A stretch of 64,000 nt of DNA from Nitrososphaerota archaeon (GCA_041641295.1 JBEPYO010000001.1:128001-192000), one strand, 5' to 3'. Numbered from the stretch's first letter, positions 47,437-57,689 are shown. Made by a program: numbers and translations. The notes: a model not told the origin generated them from the sequence alone.

Positions 47437-47539
47437 GGCGAATCATCAAAGCGTGGTGGTAAGCTATAAAATTGTTGGTTAAGAAGTGGTAGGATCTTCA
47501 GAAAAATAATTCTCCGGAGGGCCGCCTGTCAATCATCTA

Positions 47540-49291
47540 TCATGCAGTTTTCTTCTGCCTCTCCTTCTTCTTTTTCTGCCTCAACTCGTTCGTAGCGTCC
47601 CAATTAATCTCCAAGGTGTTTGGATCCAGCACTACACCATATATTTCTCTCGCCACTTCGATTGTTATGTATTCGTTCTTCACATCCATCCTGACCCTCT
47701 CTGGATCCCTTTCCAGCGGATCACCCCATCCTCCACCGCCACCGGACCTTAGACTCACTACTTCGCCTTTTCTCAATCTGAGGGCGGCAATCTTTCTGGT
47801 AACCTTGGGCTCCTCGCCGTGCTTGAAGATTACGCAATAGTTGGGTGTGCCATTCATTCCCCCATCAACCCCCCATGGCGGGAATTTGCTCCGACCTATC
47901 GAGACGGTAAAGTAGGCCTCGTCGCATAGGACGCGGTAGTCTTTTATCACTCCAAAACCTCCTCTAAATTTTCCATGACCTGTCCCTCCTTCTACGTTTA
48001 GACAATACCTGTCCACCATTATGGGCATACGTTTCTCGTAAACCTCGTTGGATGCTATGAAAGTCTCACCGTCTCCACAGGCTACTAGTCCACTCTCACC
48101 ATCTTTGTCGTATCCTGCACCCCATCCACCTGGCTGAGGCTCTACGATTGCGAAGGGCTCTCCTGTCCTATTATCTACTCCTCCAAGTATCGTTGCGAGA
48201 ATCGACAAAAAGTGACCTGCAGTCAGCTTGTCGGGTACGTGGGGTGCAAGAGCTTTCCAGACCAAATCGGTTGCGTATGCCATCGACTCCCAGTATGTGG
48301 AAGTTGGGGTAGGTTTAACCGGGTGAAAAACGGAGCCCGGCGGCGCAATTACTTTCAACGGCCTGAAGTAACCACTGTTGAAATGAACATGTGGGTCAGT
48401 AACGGCCATATACGTTTCTCTCACGCCCGAGACCGTTGCGGCATAGGGTGAGGCGATCGAGCCCTTCGCTGAGCCACTCCCAGTGAAGTCTGCCACAATC
48501 TCGTTCTCGCTTATAGTAACTTTTACCCTTACGTATACCGGGTTATCTGTTAAACCATCGTCATCAATGTAATCCTCCGCTTCAAAAACGCCCTTCGGCA
48601 ACTTCCCAATATTCAATAAAGCAAGTTTGTATCCATCATCTATGATTTTTTCCATTGCTTTCTTCACCATGTCAATGCCATACTTCTCCACAAGTCTTTC
48701 AACTCGACGTGATGCAACCTTCATAGAGGCCACTTGTGCCTCCATGTCGCCGAGAGTATGTTGAGGAAGCCTCGAATTCTCCAAGATAATATCTATAACA
48801 TCTTTGTTCGGTTTTCCCTCTTTGTATATTTTAATACAGGGCAAAAGCAGTCCTTCTTGATAAATCTCAGTCGAATCAGATGTCCAGCTGCCGAAGTGCA
48901 TTCCACCAACCTCGCTCCAGTGCCCCTTGTTCAAAATTATGGAGAGGAGCTCATCCTTATAAAAGACAGGCATCGCTAATGTAACATCGTTTAAATGTGT
49001 ACCCGATTTGTATGGAACATTGAGCCCAACTACATCGCCCGGATATAGCTCACCATTCCACTTATCGAGCACTTCTCTCGCAGCGAAGTCGAGGACGCCT
49101 GAGAAACCTGGGACACCGGGCGCTTGGGCTATTAAATCGCCTTCGGAGTTGGTCATGGCGACCGCGTAGTCTAGAACTTCATAGATTACAGGGCTCTTTG
49201 CCGTCCTCCCGAAGGCGTAAAACATCTCTTCATTAGCCGTGATGAGGCCGCTCTTAATTATCTCCAGAGTGAAGAGGTCGGATTTGCTCAT
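47540..49291 (-). CDS. Hydantoinase B/5-oxoprolinase subunit
   Basis: GTHLND, GHWSEVGG, EIYQEGL, DFTG, G.G.FRGG.G, GGGGWGDPLERDP. Confidence 0.92.
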   Translation of the reverse strand: MSKSDLFTLEIIKSGLITANEEMFYAFGRTAKSPVIYEVLDYAVAMTNSEGDLIAQAPGVPGFSGVLDFAAREVLDKWNGELYPGDVVGLNVPYKSGTHLNDVTLAMPVFYKDELLSIILNKGHWSEVGGMHFGSWTSDSTEIYQEGLLLPCIKIYKEGKPNKDVIDIILENSRLPQHTLGDMEAQVASMKVASRRVERLVEKYGIDMVKKAMEKIIDDGYKLALLNIGKLPKGVFEAEDYIDDDGLTDNPVYVRVKVTISENEIVADFTGSGSAKGSIASPYAATVSGVRETYMAVTDPHVHFNSGYFRPLKVIAPPGSVFHPVKPTPTSTYWESMAYATDLVWKALAPHVPDKLTAGHFLSILATILGGVDNRTGEPFAIVEPQPGGWGAGYDKDGESGLVACGDGETFIASNEVYEKRMPIMVDRYCLNVEGGTGHGKFRGGFGVIKDYRVLCDEAYFTVSIGRSKFPPWGVDGGMNGTPNYCVIFKHGEEPKVTRKIAALRLRKGEVVSLRSGGGGGWGDPLERDPERVRMDVKNEYITIEVAREIYGVVLDPNTLEINWDATNELRQKKKKERQKKTA

Positions 49292-51348
49292 ACTCCTCCC
49301 CTCTCAGAGATGATTACGTTACCATATTTATCTACCGATACCTTCTGCGTATCCAAAACAAGAACTGTTGACGTCGGATCCTCTATAATCGCCGGCCCGT
49401 CAATCTTGAATCGGGGAGATAGCTTCTGCTTATTATAGACAGGCAACGTTAAATCATCACCATTCAAATAGACCCGCCTCTCCCCAATTAGAGCGTCATC
49501 GGACGACCCTGCTGGATTCTCAATCTCCTTGAGCTCAAACTTTCTTATCTTATACTCGCCGACGACGTGGAAGTTCACAATTTCAACCGGGCCTTCTAGT
49601 CTAAATGCGTATTCTCGTTCATGATACTCGTGAAACCTGTTTACTATCAAGTCGATTTCTTCGGCGCTGATATTTACTATTGGAATCGGGACTTTCACCG
49701 TATGCTCTTGGCCATAGTATCGCATGTCAGCGTACCTCTGGATCACAACCTCACCTACGCCTAGCTCCTCCTTGAAAATTTCGAGGATTTTCGTCTCAAG
49801 CTGTGAATATATGTCATTTATCCGCTTTATCGCCTGCTCCTTATCCAGCCGGACAATCTCTGTGTAAACGAGGTCGTGCCGTATATCTGTGGTGAGCATT
49901 CCCCACGCACTGAAAACCCCTGGCGGGATTACTGGAACTATTATCTTCTTTATTTCAAGTTCTTGAGCTATGAAGGGGGCGAACATCGGCCCTGATCCAC
50001 CATGCACTATTAAGGTGAAGTCTCTTGGATCATAGCCGCGCTGGACCGAAACCACTCTTATAGCGAAGGCTGCATTCTCATTTGCGAGTTTAATGATGCC
50101 CTCAGCCGCTTCTTGGACAGAGATGTTATAGTGGTCCGCAACTTTTTGTTCAATTGCGTCGTGGGCGAGTTTTTTATGTATTCTCATGGCCCCGCCAAGG
50201 AGGTATTCAGGATTGATTAAACCGTTCACAACATAGGCGTCGGTTACGGTGGGCTCTGTTCCTCCTTTCCCATAGCATGCAGGCCCAGGATAGGCTCCGG
50301 CCGCCTTCGGCCCGACCCTCAGGTTTCCTATCGAGTCGATCCAAGCAATACTTGTTCCCCCATTTCCTATCTCAAATGTGTCTACGACCGGCACCCTCAC
50401 CGGATATCCAGCAGAAGTCTTGGTTCTCTCAACATAGTACTCTGTGTGGACTCGGGGGGTTAGGCCTTCTACAAGGCTGGCTTTTGTCGTGGTGCTCCCA
50501 CCGTCTAGGACGATTACGTTAGTGTCCCCCACCAGTTTAGCAATGTATACCCCTCCTATTACGCCTGCTACCGGGCCTGACTCTATCGTGTATATGGGGA
50601 ACTTCTTAGCTATGTCGAAGGTTGCTACACCGCCGTTGGAGAGCATAACGAATGGGTTTCTTTTGAAGCCTCTCTCCTTGAAAGCCTCCTCCAGCTTTGT
50701 CAAGTATCTTATGAGTTTAGGTTTGACGTAGGCGTTGAGAACAGCCGTCATAGTGCGTTCATACTCCCTCCACTCCCTGGTTATTTCATGCCCTAGAGTT
50801 ACAGGGACATCCAAACGCTCCTGAACTATCTCGCCTGCTCTAAGCTCGTGGGCGGGGTTTGCATAAGAGTTTATAAAACTTATACAAACGCTCTCAACAC
50901 CCTCTTTCTTAAATTTTTCAAGCGCACTCTCTACGTCCTCCTCCTTCATAGGTTTAAGAATCTCTCCATCGGCAGTGACTCGCTCCTCAACCTCCAAGCG
51001 CAGATATCTCGGAACTATTGGGTCAGGTTTTTGATACCTGAAATTATACATGTCCCTTCTGTTAGACCTTTGAAGTTCTAAGACGTCTCTAAATCCCTTT
51101 GTTGTTATTAGGCCGACCTTAGCGCCTTTCCTCTCGATGATTGTGTTGATGACTAGGGTCTGTCCGTGTATAATGGAGAGTACCTTAGAAAAGTCTATTC
51201 CACTCTTGGAAATTGTTCTTAATACGCCGATTGAGGGGTCGTGGGGAGTTGTCTCATCTTTGACCCAGATGAGCTCGCCAGTTTCATCGTCGTAACCTAC
51301 TAGGTCGGTGAAGGCTCCACCGATATCAATCCCTATCCTATACACCAA
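49288..51348 (-). CDS. Hydantoinase A/5-oxoprolinase ATP-binding subunit
   Basis: GIDIGGAFTD, REYER..TAVLNAY, SGPVAG, DGGSTTT, GP..AGA.PGPACY, TVTDA, DMRY.GQ. Confidence 0.93.
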   Translation of the reverse strand: MVYRIGIDIGGAFTDLVGYDDETGELIWVKDETTPHDPSIGVLRTISKSGIDFSKVLSIIHGQTLVINTIIERKGAKVGLITTKGFRDVLELQRSNRRDMYNFRYQKPDPIVPRYLRLEVEERVTADGEILKPMKEEDVESALEKFKKEGVESVCISFINSYANPAHELRAGEIVQERLDVPVTLGHEITREWREYERTMTAVLNAYVKPKLIRYLTKLEEAFKERGFKRNPFVMLSNGGVATFDIAKKFPIYTIESGPVAGVIGGVYIAKLVGDTNVIVLDGGSTTTKASLVEGLTPRVHTEYYVERTKTSAGYPVRVPVVDTFEIGNGGTSIAWIDSIGNLRVGPKAAGAYPGPACYGKGGTEPTVTDAYVVNGLINPEYLLGGAMRIHKKLAHDAIEQKVADHYNISVQEAAEGIIKLANENAAFAIRVVSVQRGYDPRDFTLIVHGGSGPMFAPFIAQELEIKKIIVPVIPPGVFSAWGMLTTDIRHDLVYTEIVRLDKEQAIKRINDIYSQLETKILEIFKEELGVGEVVIQRYADMRYYGQEHTVKVPIPIVNISAEEIDLIVNRFHEYHEREYAFRLEGPVEIVNFHVVGEYKIRKFELKEIENPAGSSDDALIGERRVYLNGDDLTLPVYNKQKLSPRFKIDGPAIIEDPTSTVLVLDTQKVSVDKYGNVIISERGGV

Positions 51349-51412
51349 ATATTATCACCTGTCATCAACCTTTAGGCGGAACTCTCATTAATATAAAACT
51401 AACTGTTATTAG

Positions 51413-51430
51413 TATGCAGTTGAATGCATA
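51413..51430. promoter_or_regulatory. Perfect palindrome TATGCA-N6-TGCATA upstream of hydantoinase operon promoter
   Basis: tatgcagttgaatgcata, about 15 bp upstream of minus-strand TATA (TTTTATAT, 51391-51398). Confidence 0.65.
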
Positions 51431-51609
51431 AAGTAATGCACCATCTCATCTGGCGACACAAATGCTGACTGGCCTACTTTTTAGGAACTGAGTTGAATTG
51501 TAAATGATTGACTGTTAGTAGATGCTTTGAAGTGTCCACGGGCCATGATTCTTCATCGAGCCCTAGCGGGACGCTGGGGTTATAGCTCAGTTTGTAGTCT
51601 TGTAGTTGG

Positions 51610-52818
51610 ATGGAGCTTGCGGGGTTGGTGGGGAAGCCGAACGTGGGTAAGAGTACGCTCTTCTCCGCCTTGACTATGGTAGATGTTCCAATCGCGAATT
51701 ATCCATTCACTACTAAAAGCCCTAACAGGGGGGTGACCTATCTCCGGTTTAACTGTGTTTGCAGAGAGCTGGGCGTGAAGGATAATCCCAGAAACTCGCT
51801 CTGTGTGGATGGTGTAAGGCTTATTCCCATCCAGATTATTGACTGCCCTGGCATCGTTCCTCAAGCCCATATGGGGAGAGGGCTGGGTCTCCAGTTCCTT
51901 GACGAGATTAGGCAGGCCAGTGCCTTGATTGTTGTTGCTGATGCTTCTGGTGGGACAGATCTTGAGGGAAACATTGTTGAGCCTGGGACTCAGGACCCTG
52001 TAGAGGACGTGAGGCTGGTTGAGCGGGAGCTGGCTGAGTGGTTTCTAAGCATCATCTCTAGAGACTGGCCGAGGATTGCGCGGGCCGTAGAGGCGAAACA
52101 AGCCTCTCTTTCGGACGAGATTGCGCGCGTATTCTCTGGCCTCGGGATTAGCAGGGAAGATGTCGAGGCCGCTATAAGCAGGGCGGAGTTAAACCCGGCT
52201 CATCCGACGGGCTGGAAACAAGAGGAGCTCCGCTCTTTCGTGAACGAGCTGAGAAAGTTGTCAAAGCCAATAATAGTTGCTGCGAACAAGGCCGATGTGC
52301 CAGGAGCACAGAAGGGAGTCAAAAGGCTCGTCGAGGCCGGGTATGAGACTATCCCCTGCAGCGCGGAAGCTGAACGGGCCCTGAGAATAGCGGCTGAGCG
52401 AGGGCTGATAAGCTATAGGCCTGGGGACAAGTCGTTCAAGATAATTGACGAATCCAAGCTCAGCCCAGCCCAGAAAAAAGCCCTTGACAGGCTTGCAGGC
52501 TTCATGGAGAAGAACGGGGGAACAGGCGTCCAAGACCTCATAGACAGGGTATATCTAGGGGTTTTGGGCTATATCCCGGTATTTCCCGTCGAAGACCCTG
52601 CGAGGCTAACAGACAGGAACGGAAATGTCCTCCCAGACGTGTACCTTCTCAAGCCAGGATCAGGCCCCAGAGACTTAGCATACAAGATCCATTCCGAACT
52701 AGGTGAGGCCTACCTCTACGCCATAGACGCGCGAAGAAAGCTTAAGCTCTCATCCGATTACAAGCTGAGACCCGGAGACGTGATCTCCATCGTCTCAGCT
52801 GCTAAGAGGGGGGCCTAA
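51610..52818 (+). CDS. ychF: Obg-family YchF-like NTPase (archaeal type, TGS domain)
   Basis: GKPNVGKST, NYPFTT, DCPG, NKAD, LAYKIH. Confidence 0.92.
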   Translation: MELAGLVGKPNVGKSTLFSALTMVDVPIANYPFTTKSPNRGVTYLRFNCVCRELGVKDNPRNSLCVDGVRLIPIQIIDCPGIVPQAHMGRGLGLQFLDEIRQASALIVVADASGGTDLEGNIVEPGTQDPVEDVRLVERELAEWFLSIISRDWPRIARAVEAKQASLSDEIARVFSGLGISREDVEAAISRAELNPAHPTGWKQEELRSFVNELRKLSKPIIVAANKADVPGAQKGVKRLVEAGYETIPCSAEAERALRIAAERGLISYRPGDKSFKIIDESKLSPAQKKALDRLAGFMEKNGGTGVQDLIDRVYLGVLGYIPVFPVEDPARLTDRNGNVLPDVYLLKPGSGPRDLAYKIHSELGEAYLYAIDARRKLKLSSDYKLRPGDVISIVSAAKRGA

Positions 52819-55328
52819 AGGAACTCGTCTAGTGTCCGCTTAACAGTCTTGCCGCCGCTGACTATCTCGTCGAAGTCCATGTCCAAGCTATCCAGCACTT
52901 GCTGGAAAACGCCCTTAAGGTATTCGACATAAGCCTCCACGTCCACTTGGTTCTTGTTGATCTCTATTCTGGGGTGTAGTGGTGTAACTCCCAATCTGTC
53001 CTTTGTCTTGACGTATTGGATTATGTCGCCTGAGCCTACTTTGACGCCTATTGCGGCCAGTTTTTGAGCGGCCTTGACGTGGGGCGGGGTTGTCTTGGTG
53101 TATTGCTCGGGGGATTTGGATAGCATGACGCTGAAGGCGAGGTCTGAGACCTCGAACTCTCTGTTTATCAACTTGTTGTAACTTTCCCTTATCAGCTTTA
53201 CCAGGTCTGCCTTGAACTTCTCGAAGTCTTCAGGCCGCCTGATCTGTTTCAAACCCTCTATCATCTGCTCGAAGAGCTGGTGGGCGAGGTTGAAGATGTG
53301 TCTCTTTTTACCCGTAAGCCCCTTTACATCTACCACTCCCTTGACGGTTAGCCCTAAGTAGTTCTTCTTCCTCTGTGATAAGACGACGTAGACGTATTCC
53401 TTATCTACTTCAAGGTCTAGGCCTAGGCTTTCGTCTGCCCACCTGATGAGCGTTTTGAGCATTTCCTCGTCATAGCCTTTCAGGAACAGTGAGTCAGTGT
53501 CACCATAGATTATCGTTCCGCCAAGCCCTCTCACCTTTTCAATCGCCTCTGAGAAGACGTATCTGCCGATAGCCGCGGTGCTCTCTGCGAGCGGCGGGCA
53601 GTATAGTGGGAACTCCTCGAATCCGAAGACGCCGTAGCTGGCGTTGAGGAAAACTTTGAGAGCCTTCTGTATAACGTCGTACCATATCCTCTTTTCTCTC
53701 GGTATCGACGGGTCTGAGCTTCTCGGCTTGTATATCCCCACCCTGATGTCTCTGAGAGACCCTATGATCTGGCTCTGGAGGCCGCGCCTCTTCGTGCAGA
53801 CCCAGTGGCCAGTCTCAGGCACGACGTTAGACCTGCACTCCTCGTGCGGGCAGCGTATAGTTTCGTAGCTTAAGTTCCACCTCTTCAGCGCTGAGGGGTA
53901 GAGGGAGGCGAAGTCGAGCACCTTAACTCCGAAATGTATCCCAGGTATTGGCTCAACAACTATAGCACCCCTATACTTCTTCCCCTCTATAATCGCCTTG
54001 GTGGTGGTCATGCCCTTCTCCTGCAGGATCTCCTCAGGCCTAGGTATCAGCCACCCCCTTCGCCTATGCTCAAAGTAGATGAGATTCTTTATCCAGCCCG
54101 AGACGCCGTGTCTGCAGAGATCTTCAATTGGGAGCCGGCTGATCCGGCATAGAACGAGGATCAGCCTGATGATGAGCCTCTCATTGTTTGAGAGGAGTTC
54201 ATAGACTAGCAGGGCGTCTCCGAAACTGTATGTGGCTAGTTCACGGGGTGAGAGCTCCGAGATCGGCCTCTCAATCTGGATCTTCCCCTTCCCCAGAAGC
54301 GCCTGCGAGATCGCTTCTAGAGTGTATTCACGGTACTTGTTGTCAAATGCGTAGACTTGGATAGACTTGTTTAGGAAAAAGCTGTAGAGATCAATGTGGG
54401 CGGCATTCTGGAATGTCGCCCCCTCCCTCCCTATCACGATCATATTCCTGCCCCGGTTAACTCCAAGCCTCTTGGCCCTGTTGTGAAGGTAGGGCAGGTC
54501 GAACTGGTCGCCATTGAAGGTGGCGATTATCGCGTAGTTGGAGAGAGCGTCGAAGACGTCTCCAAGCATCTTTTCCTCAGAGTCATACACCGAGACCTTG
54601 AAATCCAGTCCAGTGGTGTCGAGCGAGAAGTCCCCTCTTCTCAGCATGAACACCTCTCGCCGGCCGTCAGATCCGCAGATAGAGACGGCGATTACAGGGT
54701 CTTCGGCCTTTGAGGGGTCTGGGAGGCGAGTCGCTACTGGGCTAAAAACCTCGATGTCGAGGGCACAGTAGGGAGGTTCGAGCTGTTCAGCCTCCATAAC
54801 TGTTATCCAGCTGGAAACCTCGTGCAGGTCTTCCTCACTTAGCTTTTTGATCTGTGATGCCAGTTTCCTAGCTTCGTCTAAGCCCAGTGTCGCCGGTATT
54901 AGGCTGTTCCCTGAAGCATAGTAGGGCATCCCGCAGATTAGGCCCTTGTCGTAGAGGTAGTTGATGTGGTAGGGGATGTCGGATTCCCACGTCTTTATCC
55001 GCTCTCTGACCGAGTTCTTCCTACCGCCTATGGTGAGCGGATCCTTCACAACTATCTTTGTTAACTTGACCTTTCGCAGTCTGAGGGCGTCAAATTTCTC
55101 CTCCTCTTTCACCTCGACGATGTTGTCCCTTATGTCCTTGAGAGCTTCTAGAACCTCTTGCGGCGAGAGGTCGGTATAGCAGTAGGGGAGATGCCCCGAG
55201 TCGTCATACCTAACCTCTACTCTACCAGTGTCCTGTCTGAGAAGCTTGAGATATGCGAGTCCTTTCTCGCCGTCGTATCCGGCAGACAGGAGGAGAAGCT
55301 TATTCCCTTGATCTTGTCTTGACTGCAT
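52815..55328 (-). CDS. polB1: Family B DNA polymerase, PolB1 type
   Basis: Exo DIE, FNGDQFDLPY, YSFGDA; pol DFASLYPS, KVFLNASYG, YGDTDS, KGLTGKK; PIP-like RTLDEFL. Confidence 0.93.
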   Translation of the reverse strand: MQSRQDQGNKLLLLSAGYDGEKGLAYLKLLRQDTGRVEVRYDDSGHLPYCYTDLSPQEVLEALKDIRDNIVEVKEEEKFDALRLRKVKLTKIVVKDPLTIGGRKNSVRERIKTWESDIPYHINYLYDKGLICGMPYYASGNSLIPATLGLDEARKLASQIKKLSEEDLHEVSSWITVMEAEQLEPPYCALDIEVFSPVATRLPDPSKAEDPVIAVSICGSDGRREVFMLRRGDFSLDTTGLDFKVSVYDSEEKMLGDVFDALSNYAIIATFNGDQFDLPYLHNRAKRLGVNRGRNMIVIGREGATFQNAAHIDLYSFFLNKSIQVYAFDNKYREYTLEAISQALLGKGKIQIERPISELSPRELATYSFGDALLVYELLSNNERLIIRLILVLCRISRLPIEDLCRHGVSGWIKNLIYFEHRRRGWLIPRPEEILQEKGMTTTKAIIEGKKYRGAIVVEPIPGIHFGVKVLDFASLYPSALKRWNLSYETIRCPHEECRSNVVPETGHWVCTKRRGLQSQIIGSLRDIRVGIYKPRSSDPSIPREKRIWYDVIQKALKVFLNASYGVFGFEEFPLYCPPLAESTAAIGRYVFSEAIEKVRGLGGTIIYGDTDSLFLKGYDEEMLKTLIRWADESLGLDLEVDKEYVYVVLSQRKKNYLGLTVKGVVDVKGLTGKKRHIFNLAHQLFEQMIEGLKQIRRPEDFEKFKADLVKLIRESYNKLINREFEVSDLAFSVMLSKSPEQYTKTTPPHVKAAQKLAAIGVKVGSGDIIQYVKTKDRLGVTPLHPRIEINKNQVDVEAYVEYLKGVFQQVLDSLDMDFDEIVSGGKTVKRTLDEFL

Positions 55329-55421
55329 CTAAATTGTTGTTGGCTCATTAGCTGTATAAGCGTTTTTCTATCCAGAGAAAATCAACTTAAATAAGTCTAA
55401 CCCGTGATATCCTGAAAAGTT

Positions 55422-57689
55422 TTGGTTGGAGGGAGAAGGCTAGCCGGCATAGTAGCCCTAGCCCTCGCAGTTAGGCTAGCCCCCTCAGCTTATACTGGGC
55501 ATGGCTGGGACCTATTTGTGTGGCTAAGAACCTCAGAGCTTTTTCTCAGCGAGCAGATCAACATATACAGCTATCCACAGTTTGAGGGGTTTCCATGGGG
55601 CTTTTACGCCTATCCACCCCCTTGGTTATATCTGCTGGCCGGTTCGACCTATATTGCATCACTGCTGGGTGGAGGTAGAGAGGTATCCATCCTTTTTTTG
55701 AAGCTACCGATCATCGTGGCCGATGTTCTCTGCGGGCTCGTTTTGTGGCTCACGGCCAAGCAGCTGGGCCTAGGCGAGGAAGATGCCTACAAATTGGCCA
55801 CAATATACCTCCTAAACCCCCTGACCGTCTTCATCTCAAGCATCTGGGGAATGTTTGACGCAATACCCGCCCTTTTCACACTGCTAGCCCTCTATCTCCT
55901 ATTGTCGGGGAGAATGGCGGCAGCGTCAGCTTCACTAGGCCTTGCAACTGCGTTCAAAATATATCCAGTCATCCTTCTGCCATCAATAATCCTAGCCCAG
56001 ATCAGAAAGCAGGGTCTCAGACGTGTCATCACAAACCTTATCATCCCATTCGCATCCATACTCCTCGTTGTCTCACTCCCATTCCTAGGCGACCTGACCA
56101 GCTACCTAGGCAAGCTCCTCTACCACAGATCAAATGTTGGGCAATTCACCTACTGGACACTACTAGGAATTTTCATCGGAGGCGAGGTTGCTGGCGCTAT
56201 CGGATGGACACTATTCACGGCAACCCTCGCCATAACACTCTACAAACAGTATACTGACCCCAACCGCAGTAGAAATTTGACCATAATGTTTGCGGGCATC
56301 TTCACACTCTTTCTAGCAACTTCTCCAAAGATAAACGTTCAATACCTAGTGCTTGGGCTTCCGCTCCTCTTGCTGGCGGCTTGGATCCACGACGACCCTG
56401 AGTCGCGGAAGGAGATTAGGAGGAGACTCACACTACTTCACATGGCTGCCCTAGTTTTCATCGTTGGCAGCATTTTCATTATCGGCTATGACCCCGCAAA
56501 CATGGGGAAGGTTTCCAACCTAAGCCTAGTAGAATCTGGGCTTGCAGGGTCTCTAATCCTCGTGGCGGCTGGAGTTGCTGGCTGGGAGTCTGTAAAGCTC
56601 ACACTCGCACTGAACAAGCTTACAGTTCTTAAGAGAAGGTTGGATGAGAGGGCAGGGATTGCATCGATTATAGTGGTTGCATTAATAGTCGTTACTGTCC
56701 TACCCAGCCCAGCAGGTGTTAGGCTACCTGCACATCCACTAAGAGTCGCAATCCTAGAGAGCCCCGACTCTATATTTCAAGTAGGCTCCACGACCATACC
56801 TCCAGACCTATACCGGAACATAGGAGAGCCTACACACATAGTAATCCCTCTTTCTCCAGACTTCTTCATAGACTACCCGCAGCTGAGCCTCCGCAGCGAA
56901 GTCTCCAAGTACTTTAGGTTTAGATTGGATTCGGGTGGATGGACGCTTCTCGATCTTTCCAAACTTGTGGGAGGGCTGAGGGCTTCTGGGCTTAAGGTTT
57001 TAGCAGGAGTGTTTACGAAGAGCAAGGATCTACTTGTGTCCTATGGGATGCAGGGATATGAGTCAAGCTGGTTCAGTGCAAATCAGCACCTCGTTGTTAA
57101 GAATGATAGGATGGCTTTTGGAGTGATGCTCCCCATGAACACTAGTCTGGCCGAGTTTTATGCACGGCGAGTCTCAGCGGCAGTCTACTCTTTAGGCTTC
57201 GACGGCGTATACGTGTTGTCTCCACAAGAAGGTCTGGTCTCAATTGGGGATGTGGAGTGGATTGAACCTCTGCTGGTTGAGCTGCGAGCCAATCTCGACA
57301 GCTCGAAAGAAGTTTTCGTCGATGGTGTAGACCCCTTACTCGGCGGCGATGCTATGGAGAGATTGATGAGCTACGCCGACTACATAGTCATAAGATCGCC
57401 TATTTGGATCCGCGAGATAGCCTCGGAAGAGCCGCGGCTCGGCCCCGAATATACTGAGCAGCTTAGGGCTGTGCTAGACCAGATTGATGAACAGAGAAAG
57501 TCGCACATACTTTACTCTGTTAATGTGATGGATTTCTCCAGCGGCTGGCTCATACCAGCAGTACAGGTCCAGCTCCAAGTTGACACATTCTCCTCCCTGA
57601 TTAATAGAGGGTTTGTGATTTACTTCGCCTCGAGATACATCCCCTACCGTCTAACTCTTGGCACAACAGCTTTGAGGGCTGGTTCGTAG
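55422..57689 (+). CDS. GT-C (GT87/PIG-M-like) membrane glycosyltransferase fused to a GH18-like TIM-barrel domain
   Basis: GHGWD, YAYPP, KLPIIVAD, LNP....SSIWGMFD, K.YP, multiple TM helices; soluble C-terminal part GLKVLAGV, GFDGVY, ADYIVI. Confidence 0.65.
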   Translation: MVGGRRLAGIVALALAVRLAPSAYTGHGWDLFVWLRTSELFLSEQINIYSYPQFEGFPWGFYAYPPPWLYLLAGSTYIASLLGGGREVSILFLKLPIIVADVLCGLVLWLTAKQLGLGEEDAYKLATIYLLNPLTVFISSIWGMFDAIPALFTLLALYLLLSGRMAAASASLGLATAFKIYPVILLPSIILAQIRKQGLRRVITNLIIPFASILLVVSLPFLGDLTSYLGKLLYHRSNVGQFTYWTLLGIFIGGEVAGAIGWTLFTATLAITLYKQYTDPNRSRNLTIMFAGIFTLFLATSPKINVQYLVLGLPLLLLAAWIHDDPESRKEIRRRLTLLHMAALVFIVGSIFIIGYDPANMGKVSNLSLVESGLAGSLILVAAGVAGWESVKLTLALNKLTVLKRRLDERAGIASIIVVALIVVTVLPSPAGVRLPAHPLRVAILESPDSIFQVGSTTIPPDLYRNIGEPTHIVIPLSPDFFIDYPQLSLRSEVSKYFRFRLDSGGWTLLDLSKLVGGLRASGLKVLAGVFTKSKDLLVSYGMQGYESSWFSANQHLVVKNDRMAFGVMLPMNTSLAEFYARRVSAAVYSLGFDGVYVLSPQEGLVSIGDVEWIEPLLVELRANLDSSKEVFVDGVDPLLGGDAMERLMSYADYIVIRSPIWIREIASEEPRLGPEYTEQLRAVLDQIDEQRKSHILYSVNVMDFSSGWLIPAVQVQLQVDTFSSLINRGFVIYFASRYIPYRLTLGTTALRAGS

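Larger units (their letters stand above)
39670..51480. other. Lower-GC accessory catabolic block (possible horizontally acquired island)
   Basis: Spot GC counts of 60-nt lines inside (22/60 at 41641, 28/60 at 43801, 24/60 at 47101, 18/60 at 48781) versus outside (39/60 at 33301, 33/60 at 38701, 36/60 at 52081); AT-rich flanks; no integrase or att repeat seen. Confidence 0.55.

Noticed and set aside
51576-51600. GGGGTTATAGCTCAGTTTGTAG resembles a tRNA 5' end or island att site
   Set aside because: No anticodon or T arm follows and no matching copy at the other island edge; TTATA is at the right distance to be the ychF TATA box.
52815-55328. Inteins in polB1 (or cdc48, top6B)
   Set aside because: Motif spacing and lengths are normal; no intein boundary motifs seen.
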